DNA of 14,057 nucleotides from an uncultured Deinococcales bacterium (GTDB lineage Bacteria; Deinococcota; Deinococci; Deinococcales; JAAFIG01): NCBI GenBank assembly GCA_964247135.1, contig CAXTTL010000126.1, positions 1 to 14,057 of the forward strand, read 5' to 3'. Shown piece by piece: positions 12,750 to 14,057 of this stretch (position 1 is its first letter; each line of letters starts with the position of its first letter). The notes under the pieces were generated by a model. It saw only the letters and a program-made list of their open reading frames with translations, ran no database searches and was not told where the DNA came from. The position numbers and the translations under genes were made by a program.

Positions 12750-14057
12750 ATGAGCAGCACTCGAGTTCAACTGTTTGGCACGGCACAGGTCGCGGTTGGC
12801 GATAAGACCGTCACGTTTACCGACGACAAACGCTATCGTTTGCTGGCGTATTTGGCGTGCAAAGCCGATTGGGTTTCGCGGGAGCAACTGGCGTTCTTGT
12901 TCTGGGATGACACCGACAATCAAAGCGCCCGTAAAAACTTGCGGCATTTGATCGGGCGCATTAAAAATCTGGACTGGCTGACGGGTTTTGAAACCGAACT
13001 CGAGCATCTGCGCTGGCGGGTGCCGACCGACGTGACGGATTTTAAAACGGCACTTGAACAATCCGATTGGACGACGGCACTTGGACTGTACAACGGCAAT
13101 TTGCTGGCAGGTTTTCAGGAGGGTGATTCGCCAGAGTTTTCAGCCTGGCTCGAGCTTGAACGTCAAGTGCTGAGAGACCGTTGGCACACGGCGGCGCTTG
13201 GGCAAGCTCGGGTTTTACAAGAACACAATGCCTTTCATGAAGCCATACGGGTTTTGGAAGGTTTGCTCGAGCAAGACCCTTTTGACGAGGAGGCGCTCGA
13301 TTTGTTGATGCGAGTATCAAGCCAGGGCAGTCAGTCTGCGGTTGCCCTGCGCAGCTTTGAGGGCTTCAGCAAACGTTTGCGCCAGGAGTTAAACCTGCCG
13401 CCACCGACCCACCTCGAGCAACTGGCAAACAGCATCAGGTCGCGTGAACTTGCGCCAAGCCAAGCCCCCACCATGACCCTGACCGTCGAAAGACCGCTTA
13501 GCACCCAAGCGATTCCGGTGATTCCAACGGTCTTCATTGGTCGAGAACTGCTGCTGTCCGAATTGACCAACCTGCTCGAGCATCGTGACCACCAATTGCT
13601 GACTTTGGTTGGCACTGGCGGCGTCGGCAAAACCCGAATTGCGCTCGAGATTGCTTTGGAGCAAAAAACCAGATTTAAAGTCGGTTTTGTCAACCTCGTG
13701 CCGATCATTGACCCAAGCGCGATTCCGAACGCCATCGCCCAAGCCATCGGTCTGAATTTTAGGGGGCAAGATTCGTCGTTGGGGCAAGTGATCCATCATA
13801 TCGGTCACGAGAAAATGCTCTTGGTGATCGACAACTTCGAGCACGTCATTGCGGGCGCCCAATATTTAAGCGAACTCGTGCAGAACTGTCCAAACCTGAT
13901 TGTCCTGACCACCTCGAGAGAACCGCTCGACTTGCCAGGCGAACAGATTTTGCCCGTCGATGCCTTCGCCGTTCCCGAGATGAGCGAGGTCAAACCAAAC
14001 GAAATGCCCAGCCTCGAGGCGGTGCAACTTTTTGTCCCGCACGCCCGGCGGGTGCGC
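12750..14057 (+). CDS. AfsR/SARP-family regulator: wHTH + BTAD + STAND (NB-ARC-like) NTPase (partial, runs off right edge)
   Basis: Not in the ORF track because there is no stop in the window. Translates MSSTRVQLFG..LLAYLA..VSREQLAFLFW..ARKNLR..DV..F..LYNGNLL..FSAWLELER..DPFDEEA..FIGRE..LLTLVGTGGVGKTRIA (Walker A)..LLVIDNFEH (Walker B)..LTTSREPL. Confidence 0.93.
   Translation, partial: MSSTRVQLFGTAQVAVGDKTVTFTDDKRYRLLAYLACKADWVSREQLAFLFWDDTDNQSARKNLRHLIGRIKNLDWLTGFETELEHLRWRVPTDVTDFKTALEQSDWTTALGLYNGNLLAGFQEGDSPEFSAWLELERQVLRDRWHTAALGQARVLQEHNAFHEAIRVLEGLLEQDPFDEEALDLLMRVSSQGSQSAVALRSFEGFSKRLRQELNLPPPTHLEQLANSIRSRELAPSQAPTMTLTVERPLSTQAIPVIPTVFIGRELLLSELTNLLEHRDHQLLTLVGTGGVGKTRIALEIALEQKTRFKVGFVNLVPIIDPSAIPNAIAQAIGLNFRGQDSSLGQVIHHIGHEKMLLVIDNFEHVIAGAQYLSELVQNCPNLIVLTTSREPLDLPGEQILPVDAFAVPEMSEVKPNEMPSLEAVQLFVPHARRVR

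Noticed and set aside
1-14057. CRISPR array, tRNA/rRNA, integrase or transposase genes
   Set aside because: I saw no regularly spaced repeat-spacer units, cloverleaf or rRNA-like segments, or recombinase motifs. The CTCGAG sites are irregularly spaced and mostly within coding sequence.

Overview
Bacterial chromosomal window of roughly 50-55% GC by eye. It is probably Deinococcota, inferred from the DUF4388 gene, the SDR-nrdR pair, bacillithiol-transferase (YfiT) genes, a stand-alone carA, leaderless-type promoters and extreme CTCGAG enrichment. The left part (1-6461) is detoxification and housekeeping: the 3' end of an aldehyde dehydrogenase, a VOC/glyoxalase, an aldo-keto reductase, a minus-strand unit (atypical SDR, nrdR, Tat-signal hypothetical), a DUF4388 protein, an ArgA-like GNAT, two tandem YfiT/BstA paralogs and a secreted polysaccharide deacetylase. 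The second YfiT copy is interrupted by an in-frame TAG. The accessory middle (6580-11201) has a 47-aa peptide with a lasso/RRE-type leader motif (YxxPxLxxxG) coupled to a 632-aa Gly-rich beta-helix-type lipoprotein, then a secreted hypothetical protein, then an orphan DUF4157 protein fused to a zinc phospholipase-C-like domain behind a direct-repeat promoter. The right part has carA with tandem ARG-box-like sites, a GTAG-family REP doublet (REPIN), and an AfsR/SARP-BTAD-NTPase regulator that runs off the window and is missing from the ORF track. The strongest candidates for undescribed biology are the leader-peptide/lipoprotein cassette and the DUF4157-'IQR'-phospholipase C effector. All family calls come from motif recognition; no database search was run.
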